This document shows positions 1 to 11,900 of a stretch of 64,000 nt of DNA, one piece after another. The notes under the pieces were generated by a model, which searched no databases, had not been told where the DNA came from, and saw only the letters and a list, made by a program, of their open reading frames with translations. The first letter of the stretch is position 1; each line of letters begins with the position of its first letter. This DNA is from Amoebophrya sp. A120 (taxonomy: Eukaryota; Protista; Dinoflagellata). The stretch covers positions 1,965,151 through 2,029,150 of the forward strand of contig CAJINV010000007.1 in assembly GCA_905178155.1 (NCBI GenBank). Direction: 5' to 3'. The position numbers and the translations under genes are program-made.

Positions 1-1249
1 AGAGGTGGAGGGGTTTGGCGTTCGGCACGACGCAGCTGCTTTCGTGTGGTGTTACCCTTGATGGGAGCTGCTCGACGTCGGGGCCGCTTGTTGTACTAGT
101 TGTTTCAGGCCCACGAGCTTCGTCTTCCTCGGTGATATCATAATTCTCCGTCCTCTGAGTTTTTTCGGTTCGATTTCCCTCAATTGCATCGTGGTTCTCA
201 TTCTGGATAAACCCCGCGTGGCACATCTCGTAGCCGCCGATGGCCTCGTCTCCTTTGTAGTGCACGGTCGTGTGGTCCTCTTGTCTGCCGAACGCAAAAG
301 ACCACTTGGCAGCGCCGTCGATTTGTCCAAGCGCAATATCCACCGCCAAGTCGACTTTCACATACGGCCACTCCGGGTCATTTTGGTCAATGTTGTAGAG
401 AACAGAGACGGTCGCCGCCTGGATGATCGTGTTCATGTTTTTTGGTGTAGTAGTTTGTTTTAACGCTCCACCAGCAGCCGTCGATGTTGTAGTTGAAGCG
501 GATAGTAGTTGTTCTGATGTGCGGGGGCCTACTTCTTGTGAATCAGCATTGCTGTCGTCTCCTTCTGCCGCGCTTTCTCTACTTTTCCGAGTTTGCGTGA
601 GCGCCCGGAAGATGTGGAACCGCATCGGATCCCGAAGCCAGGAGTCGCGAAGCTCCGCAAAGTCGCCCACAACCGCTCTATCCTGTTCCTGTTTGTTATG
701 CTTCTGTTCATCAGCACGGTCAGCATTAGCTGCGAACGAGGTTAATGTTTTTCCGTCAGCTTCGCTACTGCTCCCTTCGCGACCTCGATGTGCACTCGCT
801 ATATCCGGATGGGTCCTACTGGCCGCCCGTCGGTACGCTCGCTTAATCGCCGCCTCGGAAAAGTCAGTCGTGCAGTCAATAAAATCCTCGGTACTTTTGG
901 TCGCGGCAGCTGCAACAGACGCAGTTTCGCGTCCACTTGCGCCCTCATCGGTTGCGTTTTTGTCCTCCAGTGGAGCCCCGGCATAATTGGCTGAACGTTC
1001 GACAGTAGAAGTAGTCTTGGCCTGGGCCGTCTTATCCTTGCGGCTATCAACACTGGGATTCGAAGTGGCTTCGACATTTTCGCCCGCAATACTCAGGGGC
1101 GAGTTGACAAAAGTCAGTATTATGGCAATGGCCAACGGCACACGTCGCAGTTGAATCATGAAGCTAAACAGGTAGGAATAAAGGCCGCGGCGTTGCCGGT
1201 ATAAGTCCCGGTAATGAAGATGTCGCTGCGCTTGTGGTGTTGACTCCAT
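1..1249 (-). CDS. J-domain (DnaJ/Hsp40-like) protein with N-terminal hydrophobic segment; 3' end runs off the window
   Basis: The frame is open from ATG 1249 (or 1159) to position 2, so it is absent from the ORF track. It contains FSEAAIKRAYRRAASRTHPD (862-803), matching J-domain helix II plus HPD. A hydrophobic stretch VPLAIAIILTFV lies near the start. Confidence 0.7.
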   Translation of the reverse strand, partial: MESTPQAQRHLHYRDLYRQRRGLYSYLFSFMIQLRRVPLAIAIILTFVNSPLSIAGENVEATSNPSVDSRKDKTAQAKTTSTVERSANYAGAPLEDKNATDEGASGRETASVAAAATKSTEDFIDCTTDFSEAAIKRAYRRAASRTHPDIASAHRGREGSSSEADGKTLTSFAANADRADEQKHNKQEQDRAVVGDFAELRDSWLRDPMRFHIFRALTQTRKSRESAAEGDDSNADSQEVGPRTSEQLLSASTTTSTAAGGALKQTTTPKNMNTIIQAATVSVLYNIDQNDPEWPYVKVDLAVDIALGQIDGAAKWSFAFGRQEDHTTVHYKGDEAIGGYEMCHAGFIQNENHDAIEGNRTEKTQRTENYDITEEDEARGPETTSTTSGPDVEQLPSRVTPHESSCVVPNAKPLHL

Positions 1250-2025
1250 CGTTCGATGTAAAGAGTGTCGTGATTATTTTGCTTACAAGCTTTTTTCTAC
1301 ACTCTACACTGTAAAGAAAATGGGTAAAACAGAGCAGGGTCACTTGGGGCGGTAGTTGCCTTGCAAGTCATATTCAATCTAGTCGCGGCCCAACTATAAA
1401 ATATTCTGCGATCATCAGATGCTTTTTTTGTTGAGTATACATCAACATCTTCACGAAGGAACCGAGGCCTGTTTCTACTGTTTAGCGCCACGATGATCTG
1501 TGTACGTCGTCGAAACAACTCTGTACAACTCTTCGGTGGAGGGAACGAAATACTTAAATGCATGCAAAGTTAGACCACGTGCGGTCGAATGATAGTTTCT
1601 GACGGTGGAAGATCGTACAAGATTGCTCACGACCAAGATAGTGAATCGCAGATCTCGTGTCTTGGTCTTCGTTCCATTTTTTCCACTATTGGTAAAAGAA
1701 CCTGATGAACCTCCAATCGAAGAAGTGACTTAATCAAAGGCTTCAGCTTCATCGTCTCTTGCTTCATCTCCAGGCTACTAAAGAAAAAGATCTCGATCTC
1801 CTGAGATTCTTGCTACGTCCTCGGGCACAAATCACTATCATGCAGCCCCGCAGGGCCGCCCTGAGGGCATTCCAAACGCTCCTTGCTTGGTTCTTCGACG
1901 GACAGCTTTTATTTTGTCATTGGTGCTGTAATAATGTAGATGTAGATCATTCTGACGCTGGGTACTTAGCTACCGAGCTTTTCTTTTCGTAGATTCTTCT
2001 TTGCTCAAAGCGTTCTTGGCTAGTG

Positions 2026-5000
2026 TCACCAGCTCGGCCAGTGAGTATAATCTTCTCTCAAAAATGCATTGCGCAGACTCTGATTTGCATCGGCCTCAGG
2101 GTCCGCCATGAGCGATCGCGCTTTCCTCCAGGTCAGCAGCCGCGCTCGATTCATCACTGCGTTGAACTTCTTCACCTCCTTCTCGTCGATCAGGTCCTTG
2201 AAGGCGTATCGGCTGCAAATATCAACATGTAGCCTGGGTTTCATCTATCGAGTGATGATTGTGAAGATCCTGAGGCAGTTAGTTTTTTTTCAGTAGCCTC
2301 TTCCACAATTTTTATCGGTTCTCTGGATCATCAGATGAAAAAGTAGGAAGTGTTGGTATTCATAGCAATAGTCATTTTTGATTCTGTGCATGTGCTAGCA
2401 CAAGAACAGACGCGCCGTCTCGGCGGCCATAGCTGCAGGATACATGGATCACAACTCTGAACAACTACCCAGGCTGACAGGATGTATGTTTGCAGAATGC
2501 ATAATTCCCCAGCTCTTGAAACCGCGTTGTAGAAGTAGTCAAACAAATCGCTGTCGGAAGCTTCCCCGTTCTTGATTTTTTCCGGTAATGCGTTGCAAAA
2601 ATAATATTAATATCGCACGAGACGGCTTAGAACTCATACACAATTTTCTACGTTTTTTCGAAAGAAGAAAGTGAAAGAAGAGCGTTCATGTTGTCATGTT
2701 CATGTAGATTCAGACAGCGTGTTCTTCGCGTGAGAGCAAAGAGCATATTTGTCAGACTATATTTTGATCTATCAGTACGCATCGTGCGATATCACTTTCG
2801 CTCGTCCGCAGGATACTGCTATAATGTTGGTACGCGGGAGGTCCGTGTCGAGTTGCCGCAGAGTGGGAAAGTTACTGGGCCACGTGCTGAGTGCCCATTT
2901 CTTAATTTCGGACAGCCAGTGAACGCCCTTGTCCTTGTCGATGTGACCTTTTATTTGTTGCAACGAATTTGTGTCCACAACTTCCTTCGGAACCCAGGGC
3001 AGCGAAAAGTACTTCTCTTTCAGCGAGGACTTCTCCGGTCGTGACGCCACCGCGGTGGACTTTGGCGTTGTTGCGCCCTCCTGTGCTGCACCAAGTACTG
3101 CTTGCTTCTGCTTCTCATCCACGACCGCGCTTTCGCTTTCCCCATCAAGGTTCTCCTTTGACTCCGCGTCCTCCTGATCATGTTCCTCCTCGTCGTCAAA
3201 TTTTAGAAAGAGAAAGTCCATTAACTCGTTGCCCTCAAGAACCCCGAAACGCAGCATCGTATCTGGGTCGGGCTTCGTGTATCCAGAAAAAAAAACCCAT
3301 CCCCATCCATTTTTTGCATGACAAACAAAGGTAAAGGAGCTTATGCATGTTTTGCATGACATTGACAAATTGGATGGGGATGGGTGTTTTTTCCTGGATA
3401 TCGTGGTCTGCTCCTGCGTTTTCGTGTTGTAGTACACGATGGGTGTGTCAGCTTGGTTGTTTTTCACCAGTAGCCACCCGTCCACCAACTCGAACATTGG
3501 CGTTTTCAGCAGCTTTCCCAGCGCTTCGTGCTCCTGTCGTAGGACCTTTTGAAAAACCACGCGCCGGAGCGTCGTTGCGATTCCAGTTTGGCTGTGCAGG
3601 TAGAAGATTCTCACGGGCGTGTCACCATGTTGCCCTCTATCTATTTTTTCCGCATCTTCTTCTTGTCCTAGCTTTGACTTTATTGTGTGCTTGTTGTGCT
3701 GTCCTTGGTGGCTATCAACTCCATCTTTGCCATTATTCTTGACGTGTTTCTTTGGCGTGGTCGAAGCTTTCTTGGTACAACTTCTTGTTCCATTTATTTT
3801 TGCGTTCGCCTTCTTGTCGTGTACGGCGATGTGCTGTTTCGAGGATGAATTTGCAACATTGCGAGGTGATGTTGAGTTTGAGGAAGAGGGTAATATGATT
3901 GACCGAGTAGATCGTCCTTCTCCGCTAATAAAGCGCTCGTTGATAGGCATCGTACGATAATCGCTGTTGTAGTGATCCAGCGAGCTATCGTCTACCGGAC
4001 CGGCCATCACGTACAGCCACCCTTCCGGCAATTCCTCGAGCTGCTGTGCGAGTCTGCAAAACCCGTGCCCAAAGGCCAGGTTTTTCTGTCTTTTGCGTAT
4101 CACTTTCAGTGGGAAAGTGCGCTTGGTCGACCCGTCTTGAAACTTCGACATGAGGAAGTCATGACACCAAATATAATGCGTGAGCTCGGGCGGAACCACG
4201 CTCAGTGTGGCCTTAGAAGTCTCTTCACCTCCTTCACGCTCAGCATCCACTCCGGCTGCAGATGGAGGTCCGTCAGCGGCAACCGCGACTGCAGTATTTG
4301 CAGCAGATGCGGTCTTCGTGCTGGGAGTTTGTGCAGTGGACAATGCTCCTGCAAGAACACCCGATGTTCTGCCTGTCGCATCGAAAGGGATTTGAACAGC
4401 AAGAAAGCTTTAAAAAAGACCATCCGGTGGGCGATCGAGATTCGCGCTGCAGGCGACTACAACTTCTTGCACATCCCCGGCAAAAAGAATGTTGCGGCAG
4501 ACTGGCTGTCCCGGCAGGGGCCAGGAGTGAGCGCAGCGAGAACCGAGTTCCACCGGCTCACTCTCGAAGGGAAACCTGTGCGGGAGCTGATCTACGACCT
4601 CTATCGGGTGAACATGCCCCCCCTGAAGTTGGTCGAAGAATTTGCCGCTCAGCACATCCAACGAGCAAAGAACGCGAAAGAGGAAAAGACGAAACAGAAG
4701 AAAGCAGAAAAAGCGGAGCAAGAAGTGAACAAGCAAAGGACGCAGCTTGATGCCATTTCCTTGACAGCCGCAGCGGTGTCGACAGCGCAGCAAGTAGCCG
4801 AGAGTGTCAGCGAGGAACTGACAGCAAGGAAAATCGACCCGCCGCTGCAGGTCCTGCCCGAGGAAAGCCCGCCGGAGCGGGACAGCCCAAGTCCCAGCCA
4901 GCGAGGGACTTGCACACCGAATGGGAAACGGAAAACGCCACAAGTTTCGATCTTGCTCAGCTCGCAAAAGAGGTTCACGGCACAGCAGCGCCTACCAGTG

Positions 5001-8000
5001 AAGCCCGTCCAGGGAAAAGTAAAAGTTTTCACGCACGACGACGCGAGGGGGAGCAGCATCTTCCTCAGGGCTGACGGTCAAAAAATCCTCTCTCGAGATT
5101 GATAGGTCCAAACCAACGGCAGCAGTTGTGGCTGTCTATTCGAGCGCTAGGCCCGGAGCGCGCGCATCGGTACATGTTGTATGCGACACGCGGCACGGCA
5201 ACACAGAAACAGGTGCGGGAACTGCTACGCAAGCACCTGCAGTCCCACCAGCCGATCGACATGTTCAGCGACGAGGCAGAATTTTGGTTCGGCCTCGAGG
5301 ATCAGCTTCGGGCGGGCGATGCACAAGTCGCCAGGGACGACCTCCCCAAGGAGGCAGCACCGCGCAAAAAGAAGACCACCCCACGGAGGCAGGGTAAAAA
5401 AGCCGAATCCGCGTTAGCAGTCCCTCCCAAAGACTCCCACGACCAAACCCCGAAAGGGCAGAAACCGAGCGGCCAGAACAGCACAAGCACCGCAGAGATA
5501 AGTGCTGCGACACCAGGGCAAGGAGGCAGTAGCAACGTGACTTCTACTTCTACTTCTACCGAAAGCCAACAGCTAGAGTTCAAAAATGTGCCCGACGCTC
5601 GTGGTGAGCTCGACTCTCGCTCAGAGACCGCTGCTAGGGCTGGCTCTCGGGATGAGATCGACGCTCCCACAGAGCTCGACACCGGAGGAAAAGACTTCGA
5701 TGAGGATGAGGAATTGTTCTGCCACACCATCGAAGGTGAGTACAGATGCGTCGAATTTGACTTCCGCTTGCTGGATATCGACCCAAAAGAATTCCAAAAG
5801 TTACAGCTCGAAGAATACCCGCCAAAAAAGCGCGCCCACAAAGTCTTCGAGGTCAAGGATGGCTTCCTGCTGAAAAAAGTACTAGAAGATGTGGGGCCTG
5901 TTCCGAAGATTGTTGCTCCAAAGAACTACACGACAAAAATCACGGAATTCTTCCACACCGACCCACTGCACGGTGGCCACTCCGGCCGCGAGAGAACGCT
6001 GGGGAAAGTCCGCGAGTTTTTCACTCACATGGACAGGTGCGGCAAGACAGGTCCGCCACTACGTCCGCGCGTGCCGCGTTTGCGCACAGAGCAAAACAAA
6101 AAAAGGCTTGACCAGCTTCGCGCGCAAGGATGGAATCGCAGTCCAGCCCTTACTTTGAAATCTGGCAGGTTGACTTTGTCGGGCCCATTACGAAGTCCGG
6201 GGGCTACTCCTGGATCTTAACGCTGATCGACATGTACTCGGGTTGGACAATTCTCGAGTGCACAGCAACGAAAGAAGCAAAGGAAGTAGCTGCAGTGATC
6301 TACTTCCGAGCGATCTGCGTCTTCGGTACTTAGATTCCGCGTCCTGCGGAGTGACCGCGGCACGGAATTTCTCGCGGCGATCGTGCAAGCGCTGTGCGAC
6401 ACCCACGGGATTAAACACATACTAGGAAGTGCGTACTCCCCTACTTCCCAATCCGAAATCGAAAGAATGCACAGAGTTCTCAGCGAATGCCTCCGCTCCT
6501 ACCTCATCGACAAATTTTTGAAAAAGAAAGTGCTCGACTGGCATCTGTTGATCCAGCCGGCAGCCTGGAGCTTCCACACGCACGTGCAGACAGGGAAGCT
6601 CGGCAAAAGTGCTTTCGAGATAGTCTTCGGCTGGCGCCCGAGCACATCTCTCACCATCGCAAAAAACAGCAGCGACTTCTTCTATCGTTTTTGGAATGAA
6701 AGAATCAAGAATATGATCGCGGTGCAAGACGAAATCATCGAGCTACAAAAAGAAAAGCAGGAAGAAATTGTAGAAAAACAAGGCGAAACGAAATTAAAGC
6801 AGGGCGATGTCGTCTTCATCCACAAAGAGATGCTCACGCAGGGCCTCTCGCACAGGTTGCAACCACTTGCGGATGGCCCGTACGAGGTCGAAAAAGTTTT
6901 CGGTAGTGCGATCACGGTCAAAACCGAAACTGGCAAAACGTTTCAAGTCAATTTGCACAGGGTCAAGTCAATCAGCTCGGGCTGACTCTCCGGATGAGAC
7001 TGACTGGCTACGAGCAGGAAAATTCAGAGTCCGCAGGAGGCAGGGTTGTAGACGGTGAAAAGATACCTAGTGAGAAGTGCGAGACTCTGAATTTCAGTGC
7101 TGTTGTTCAAGAAGAAAATGCGAGATGAATCAGACCGAGAAAGGAGCTACTGAAAGTTGAAAGAAAGAGAAAGATCAAAAGAGAAAAGTATGATCTTCCA
7201 CCTTGTCCAGTGTGCCCGCTTTAGGCTGTTTTGAAACAAGTCATTTTTGGTTTTTCAACACAGACATTGTTGTTTTCTTTCGCAGCGAATCTTCACCATG
7301 AACATGAATGAATGTCGATGAACATCTCAAAACAATAGGGCTTTTCTTATGGTGATAAAAGAATAAAAGTAAGAAAGGAATATATGAAAAAACATCTTTT
7401 TGCTCCTGCGGAGCAGCCTCTTTGTCAATCCTGGTGAAGTGTTCTGAGTCCCACGATCGGTATATTCTCACGCTTTTAGACAATGCTCCTGCAAGAACAC
7501 CCGATGTTCTGCCTGCACATATTTTCGTTTTCTCGTTTTCCACACTACAAGCAGAAGCCGCGTTTTTATTTGCTCTTGTTGTCTTCATATTATTGCTGCG
7601 AAGATTTTTTGATGGAGTCCCAACCGACTCGTTCTTCGAATTTTCCGATTCAACATGTCGCTGCGCTGTAGAAGATTGATTTCTCGCTACTTTATCACTT
7701 TCTGGAGGACGCTTGTTGGCCTGCTGCCCCTGCTCCACTTCCCGAGAATCATCCACCGTTTGCCCTACTTTCTTTCTCTCCACCCCGTCCTCTTCGTGAA
7801 TGGGCGCCAACGGGGAGTAGGTCTATCCAGGAGAAAACACCCATCCCCATTCATTTTTTGCATCACAAACACTGCACTTTATGCATGTTTTGCATTACAA
7901 ATTCGATGGGGATGGGTCTTTTTTTTGAGGATAAGGTCCACTCAATTGCTATGCCCCGGGAAAACTCGTCTTCTTGCAGCGCGCCAATTTGGGTCAGCTG

Positions 8001-8826
8001 CACCGGGCGACCACGGACCGCGAGGGAGGACACGTCGCAGAGTTTGCACGGACAGGAAGGCGGGCTGTAGGCGTAGACGGGTGCTGAAGTACTAGTAGAG
8101 GTCAAATTGTTCCCAGGTGCAGCTGATCTTGCGTCAGACGGTCGCTCATCTTCCGGCACATCGGGAATAGTAGTACCATGGAGGAGCGTCGCGTTTGAAG
8201 AGCAAGACAAAAGCTGCTCCTGTTCGACACAGTTGTTGATCTTCATGTAGTCCTTGTGCTCGATGTTGCAATGACGACCATCAATGCGCGGCATTTCAAA
8301 CGCAGCGCAGGTCCAGTGGTCGCTGAACCACGGGGCGAGGGCTTGCGCGAAGATTTTTTCTACCGGGCAAAAGAGGCGTGGGTGGATCAGTGTGCAAGCG
8401 ACGTACCCACACCGGCCAAACAGCTCGTAGATGGCGTCGCGCGCCAACAGGTTGGACTTTTTCGGCTTGAAGACTAAGCCAAGCAGTTGTTCGCCACGCT
8501 CCTTGGTCAATTTCCAGAAGCCGTGCCGCTTCAGGTCCAAGTCGAGCTTCGCTATTATTTTCTCCAGTTCTTGGTTCTTCGCATTGTACTGCATCGTCAT
8601 CTTCGTGTACTCCGCCAGACACTTTTGCACGTGTTGGCTGAGGGTCTTGCACCTCGCCGTTCGCGCCGCCGTCTCGCAGGCGCCTTTTAAAAGTCGGTCA
8701 CTCTCGGCCAACGTCTCATCGAGCGACTCGTCGCTGCTGTCGTCCTGTTTCATCGCTGCAATTAGGTTTTTTTGGGCTGTCTGCTCCTGGTTCTGGTAGT
8801 TCAGCCACTGTGCATTGCAAAAGTGG
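2026..8826 (-). CDS. Multi-exon hypothetical protein, probably the C-terminal continuation of the 8993-18572 gene; interrupted by introners and a 3.1 kb insert
   Basis: ORFs 7863..8840, 7241..7810 and 2772..4343 join in frame after removing 7824-7938 (giving ...GIAIEWT/YSPLAPIH...) and the 3140 bp between the 37-bp repeats (GRTSGVLAGALS). There is no ATG upstream of 8840 in frame. Exons below about 2800 are only partly resolved. Confidence 0.55.
3280..3400. mobile_element. Introner/MITE-like element, family A
   Basis: 30-bp TIR tatccagaaaaaaaaacccatccccatcca / tggatggggatgggtgttttttcctggata. TSD tcgtg at 3275-3279 and 3401-3405. Element plus TSD = 126 nt. Confidence 0.9.
4339..4375 (+). repeat. 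37-bp direct repeat, copy 1 (copy 2 at 7479-7515)
   Basis: gacaatgctcctgcaagaacacccgatgttctgcctg is identical at both sites. Confidence 0.95.
4376..7478 (+). mobile_element. 5'-truncated Ty3/gypsy-type LTR retrotransposon fragment inserted antisense in a host exon
   Basis: Bounded by the 37-bp direct repeat. Contains an RNase H C-terminus and integrase, with a purine-rich tract at about 7155-7190 downstream of pol. No LTR pair is seen. Confidence 0.75.
4394..6985 (+). pseudogene. pol: Degenerate pol (RNase H end, integrase zinc-binding, DDE core, GPY/F motif)
   Basis: RNase H end IRWAIEI...HIPGKKNVAADWLSR; zinc-binding HTDPLHGGHSG...YVRACRVC; core WQVDFVGP...LTLIDMYSGW, SDRGTEF and SAYSPTSQSEIERMHR; GPY motif LQPLADGPYEV. 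Broken by stops (5100, 6331) and frameshifts near 6030 and 6340. Confidence 0.85.
7824..7933. mobile_element. Introner, family A
   Basis: TIR tatccaggagaaaacacccatccccat. TSD aggtc at 7819-7823 and 7934-7938. Removing 115 nt fuses ORFs 7863..8840 and 7241..7810. Confidence 0.88.
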
Positions 8827-8992
8827 TATAATCTTCGCACTCGTTCATTTCGTACTAGTGGCCGCGGTGTTTTTGCATGACAGGTTTCATTGTCTCTCCA
8901 AAGCTGGCATATGAGCGACGTCTTACAAATTTTACTATATTCAACTTGAGAAAGCTTGTGTTTGTGATCATGCGATTTCTTTCTTACTTACT

Positions 8993-11900
8993 CTAAGTGC
9001 GTAGTGCGATTATACATGTTGCCACTTCTGCGATGCCTAGCTCGTCTAGCATATGGCCGACATTCGCGTTCTCCTTCAGCAGTTTCTCTCCGAATTCGTG
9101 GTTCGTTTTGTGCACCTGTTCCTGCAGGTCTCGCGCCGCGCCGAGCGAGTCCGCGTCCAGCTGCAGCCGCCTGATTTGTTCCTCCGGCGGTAGCAAAAGC
9201 CACTTGCACGGGGGTGCAAAGTAGTCCTGAATGCACGCGCCGAAGGTCTCCTGGGCCCACCGAAAGCTGTGTCCGCTGTGGGCACAGTAGATCCGCGCCG
9301 GGCAGGTTGAGGCTGTCGAAGATGTATTCTTTATCACAGCAACTGCAGCGCCAGGCGCCGGCGAGGAGGCACAGGAGCTCGCCTGTTGCACGGAGGAGAA
9401 GGACCTAGTACTCTGCACGGACGTGCACTTCCGCGCGAAACGATGGAAATCGTCCATGTCGAGGAAGCGATCCATCAAAGCGTTCCAGTTCACAGTAGCG
9501 GGCTTCAGAGCTTGGAAAATGCCGAGGATCTGGGCTTTGTGCAATTCCGATAATATTGTAGGAGGATAATATGCAGAAGCCTTCCTCTTGTTTTTCGTTG
9601 CAGAATGCACCGTCGCGGCACAGGAGCTCGAATAAATTTCTTTTGAAAATGTTGGGAGGTCGCTGTTTTGCTGTCCTGTCCCTTTCTTGTCCTCCTCTTC
9701 TCGCCGTAGTTGTCCACCTTCTCGCTCGGGCGTTGGCTGGATTGACTTCTCATCGTCACCTTTTGATGGCTCGGTAGCTGCAGGACCACCTCCTTCTTCT
9801 ACCGCACCCAAGTTGTCGTGGTCCACGTCACTGTAGTCGTCTGGCGGAGGAACATCAGGAGCTTCTCTAGAAGTACTAGTAACGGGCTGCAGCTGCGACT
9901 GTAGAAACCACGTTTGGATTTGCACCGCCCCTTCCCGCAAGTTTTTTCGGAGTTCGGCAAGTGCAACCATCCGGTTTATGGTAAACAGGTCCGTCACATC
10001 CAGGTTGTCCGGCCGCCCACTGCCGATGAATTCGCCGCATAGAGTCCCGATATTTACGACCGCGATGGCGGACTTGGAGTCTCTCTTTTCCGGAGCGTTG
10101 TCCGGCCGGTTCCACATGGTCAAGCTGCCGACTTCGAAAGTAGAGGTAGATTTCGAAGTAGTTGTGGGAGGTGCTGCGGGACCAGCGCCGGTGGCCACGC
10201 CCTTCGGTGTCATCGAGAGAGACTGCTTGGCCTTCGACCCGCTAGAAGTTCTTGAAGTTGTGCCCAATGTTGATGCGGCACAGGAACTAGTACTTGCTGC
10301 ACCGGTCGAACAACTGGAAGTTGCGGGTGCGGAGGACGTTGAAACTGATGTTCTCATAGGATTCATTCTCCGCTGTCTCACCTCCTTCAAAATCTTGTCC
10401 CCGACCGTGAGCCGGCCTGTCAAGTAATACCGGACCAATGCAAGCCGGTTGGATCGGTCCGCGAAGGGTAAGACGGACCGGAACAGCGACGGTCTCACGC
10501 CGGAAAGCCACAAGAATTGCGCTTCCGCAGCGGAGAACACGGGACAGGGTGGAGCTTTTGCCTTTGCTGGGAAAATCTTCGGGTCGACGGCGTGGCGATT
10601 CCATTCAGTCTTCGCTACACCTCCAGCAGGAGATGTGAAATTTTGACGCAGCTGGTGCTCCTGGTTAATATTCTTCGTGTTGCTTGATGCCTTGCCGTTC
10701 TTCAGGCTTTTTCTGTTCTTGGCGCTAACGACATTGCTGCCAGGGTTTTTACTTCCTGCTGCTGCCGGTGGTAAGATCTTCCGATCTCCGCCTGAGCAGC
10801 TTGCATCAAATAATTGCTCGTGGTGCAGCTGAAACACGCTTGCACTACTTACGACGCCCGGCTTCGTATCCGGGCGAACTTGGAGCCTGTGCGGATCTAC
10901 TTCGGACACACTTCGCTTACCGTCGTCGGCCTCTGACCCAGCTCCCGTACAACTCGTGTCGATCTTGCCACCAGACGAACCATCGTGAGGAAGAGCTTCT
11001 TTCTCATCGACCAATGTGTAACCGACCTTGAGCCAATGCTCCAGATAGTGCCGAGGCTCGAGCAAGTCCTTCCATGTGGTGCCGATAGTTGTGTCGTCGT
11101 GCTTGTAGTTCTTGTGCTCCTGCTGTGGTTCGTGGTTATTACCCTGGTTTATGATCTCCTCGACCTCGTCCACAGGGTGGTCGGCATGAACATCACGAGC
11201 GCCGCCGGCGCTAGTATTCTGATGCTCTTGTTTAACGCCTTCCTTTTTGTGTAGAATGCAGCGCCCTTCTTCGTCTACGCTTTGGCCGCGCACTTTTTCG
11301 ATTGCGCGCACAAACGACTGTAGGGCGGAACTCGACCACACCGAGCTGGAGTATGGGACTCTCAGGTGTGACGCTCTCAGCTGTTCCTGTTCCATGAATT
11401 TGTCATGCAAAATTGGCGTCAGCATCTACACGAAAAAGCTGCTTCGCGTGACAAATTCTCGACGCGCTAGATAGCATTACGATCTGCTCCAAACCTGTAA
11501 TGCAAAAGTAAAGGCGCAACCTTTTCGTTTTCCCTTTTGCCATGCTTGCATTACAAATTTCACGTAACAGTTGAGAGTGTACTAGCGCTTGAGAACGCCG
11601 TATGTAGTAGACCTGGAAAACGTCCGCCAGCGGCACTGCGTCCTCGTCAAAGTCTTTCAACATCGCCACGATTACGGAATACTTCGCGACGGTATATGCG
11701 GAGGCTGAAGCCGCGTGGTAGTAAACTGCTGCTCTGGACGAGGAAAAGGTCGTCGAGTTGTTCTTGTTCTTCATTTTTTCGCCGCCAGGAGCTGAACCAC
11801 CTCCGGCGCAGCTGTTCTTCTTATTCCAAAACAACTCGAGCGACCCTTTTCCGAAAGTCGATTTGTCGTGCAGCAAGTCGCTGAGGTCTTCAAATTCCAG

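Noticed and set aside
2230-2815. Two further IR pairs (2230-2476 and 2587-2815)
   Set aside because: The ends deviate from TAT/ATA, the TSDs are weak, and the two removals do not give one consistent frame.
6986-7478. 3' LTR of the retroelement
   Set aside because: No second copy in the window and no clear TG...CA boundaries.
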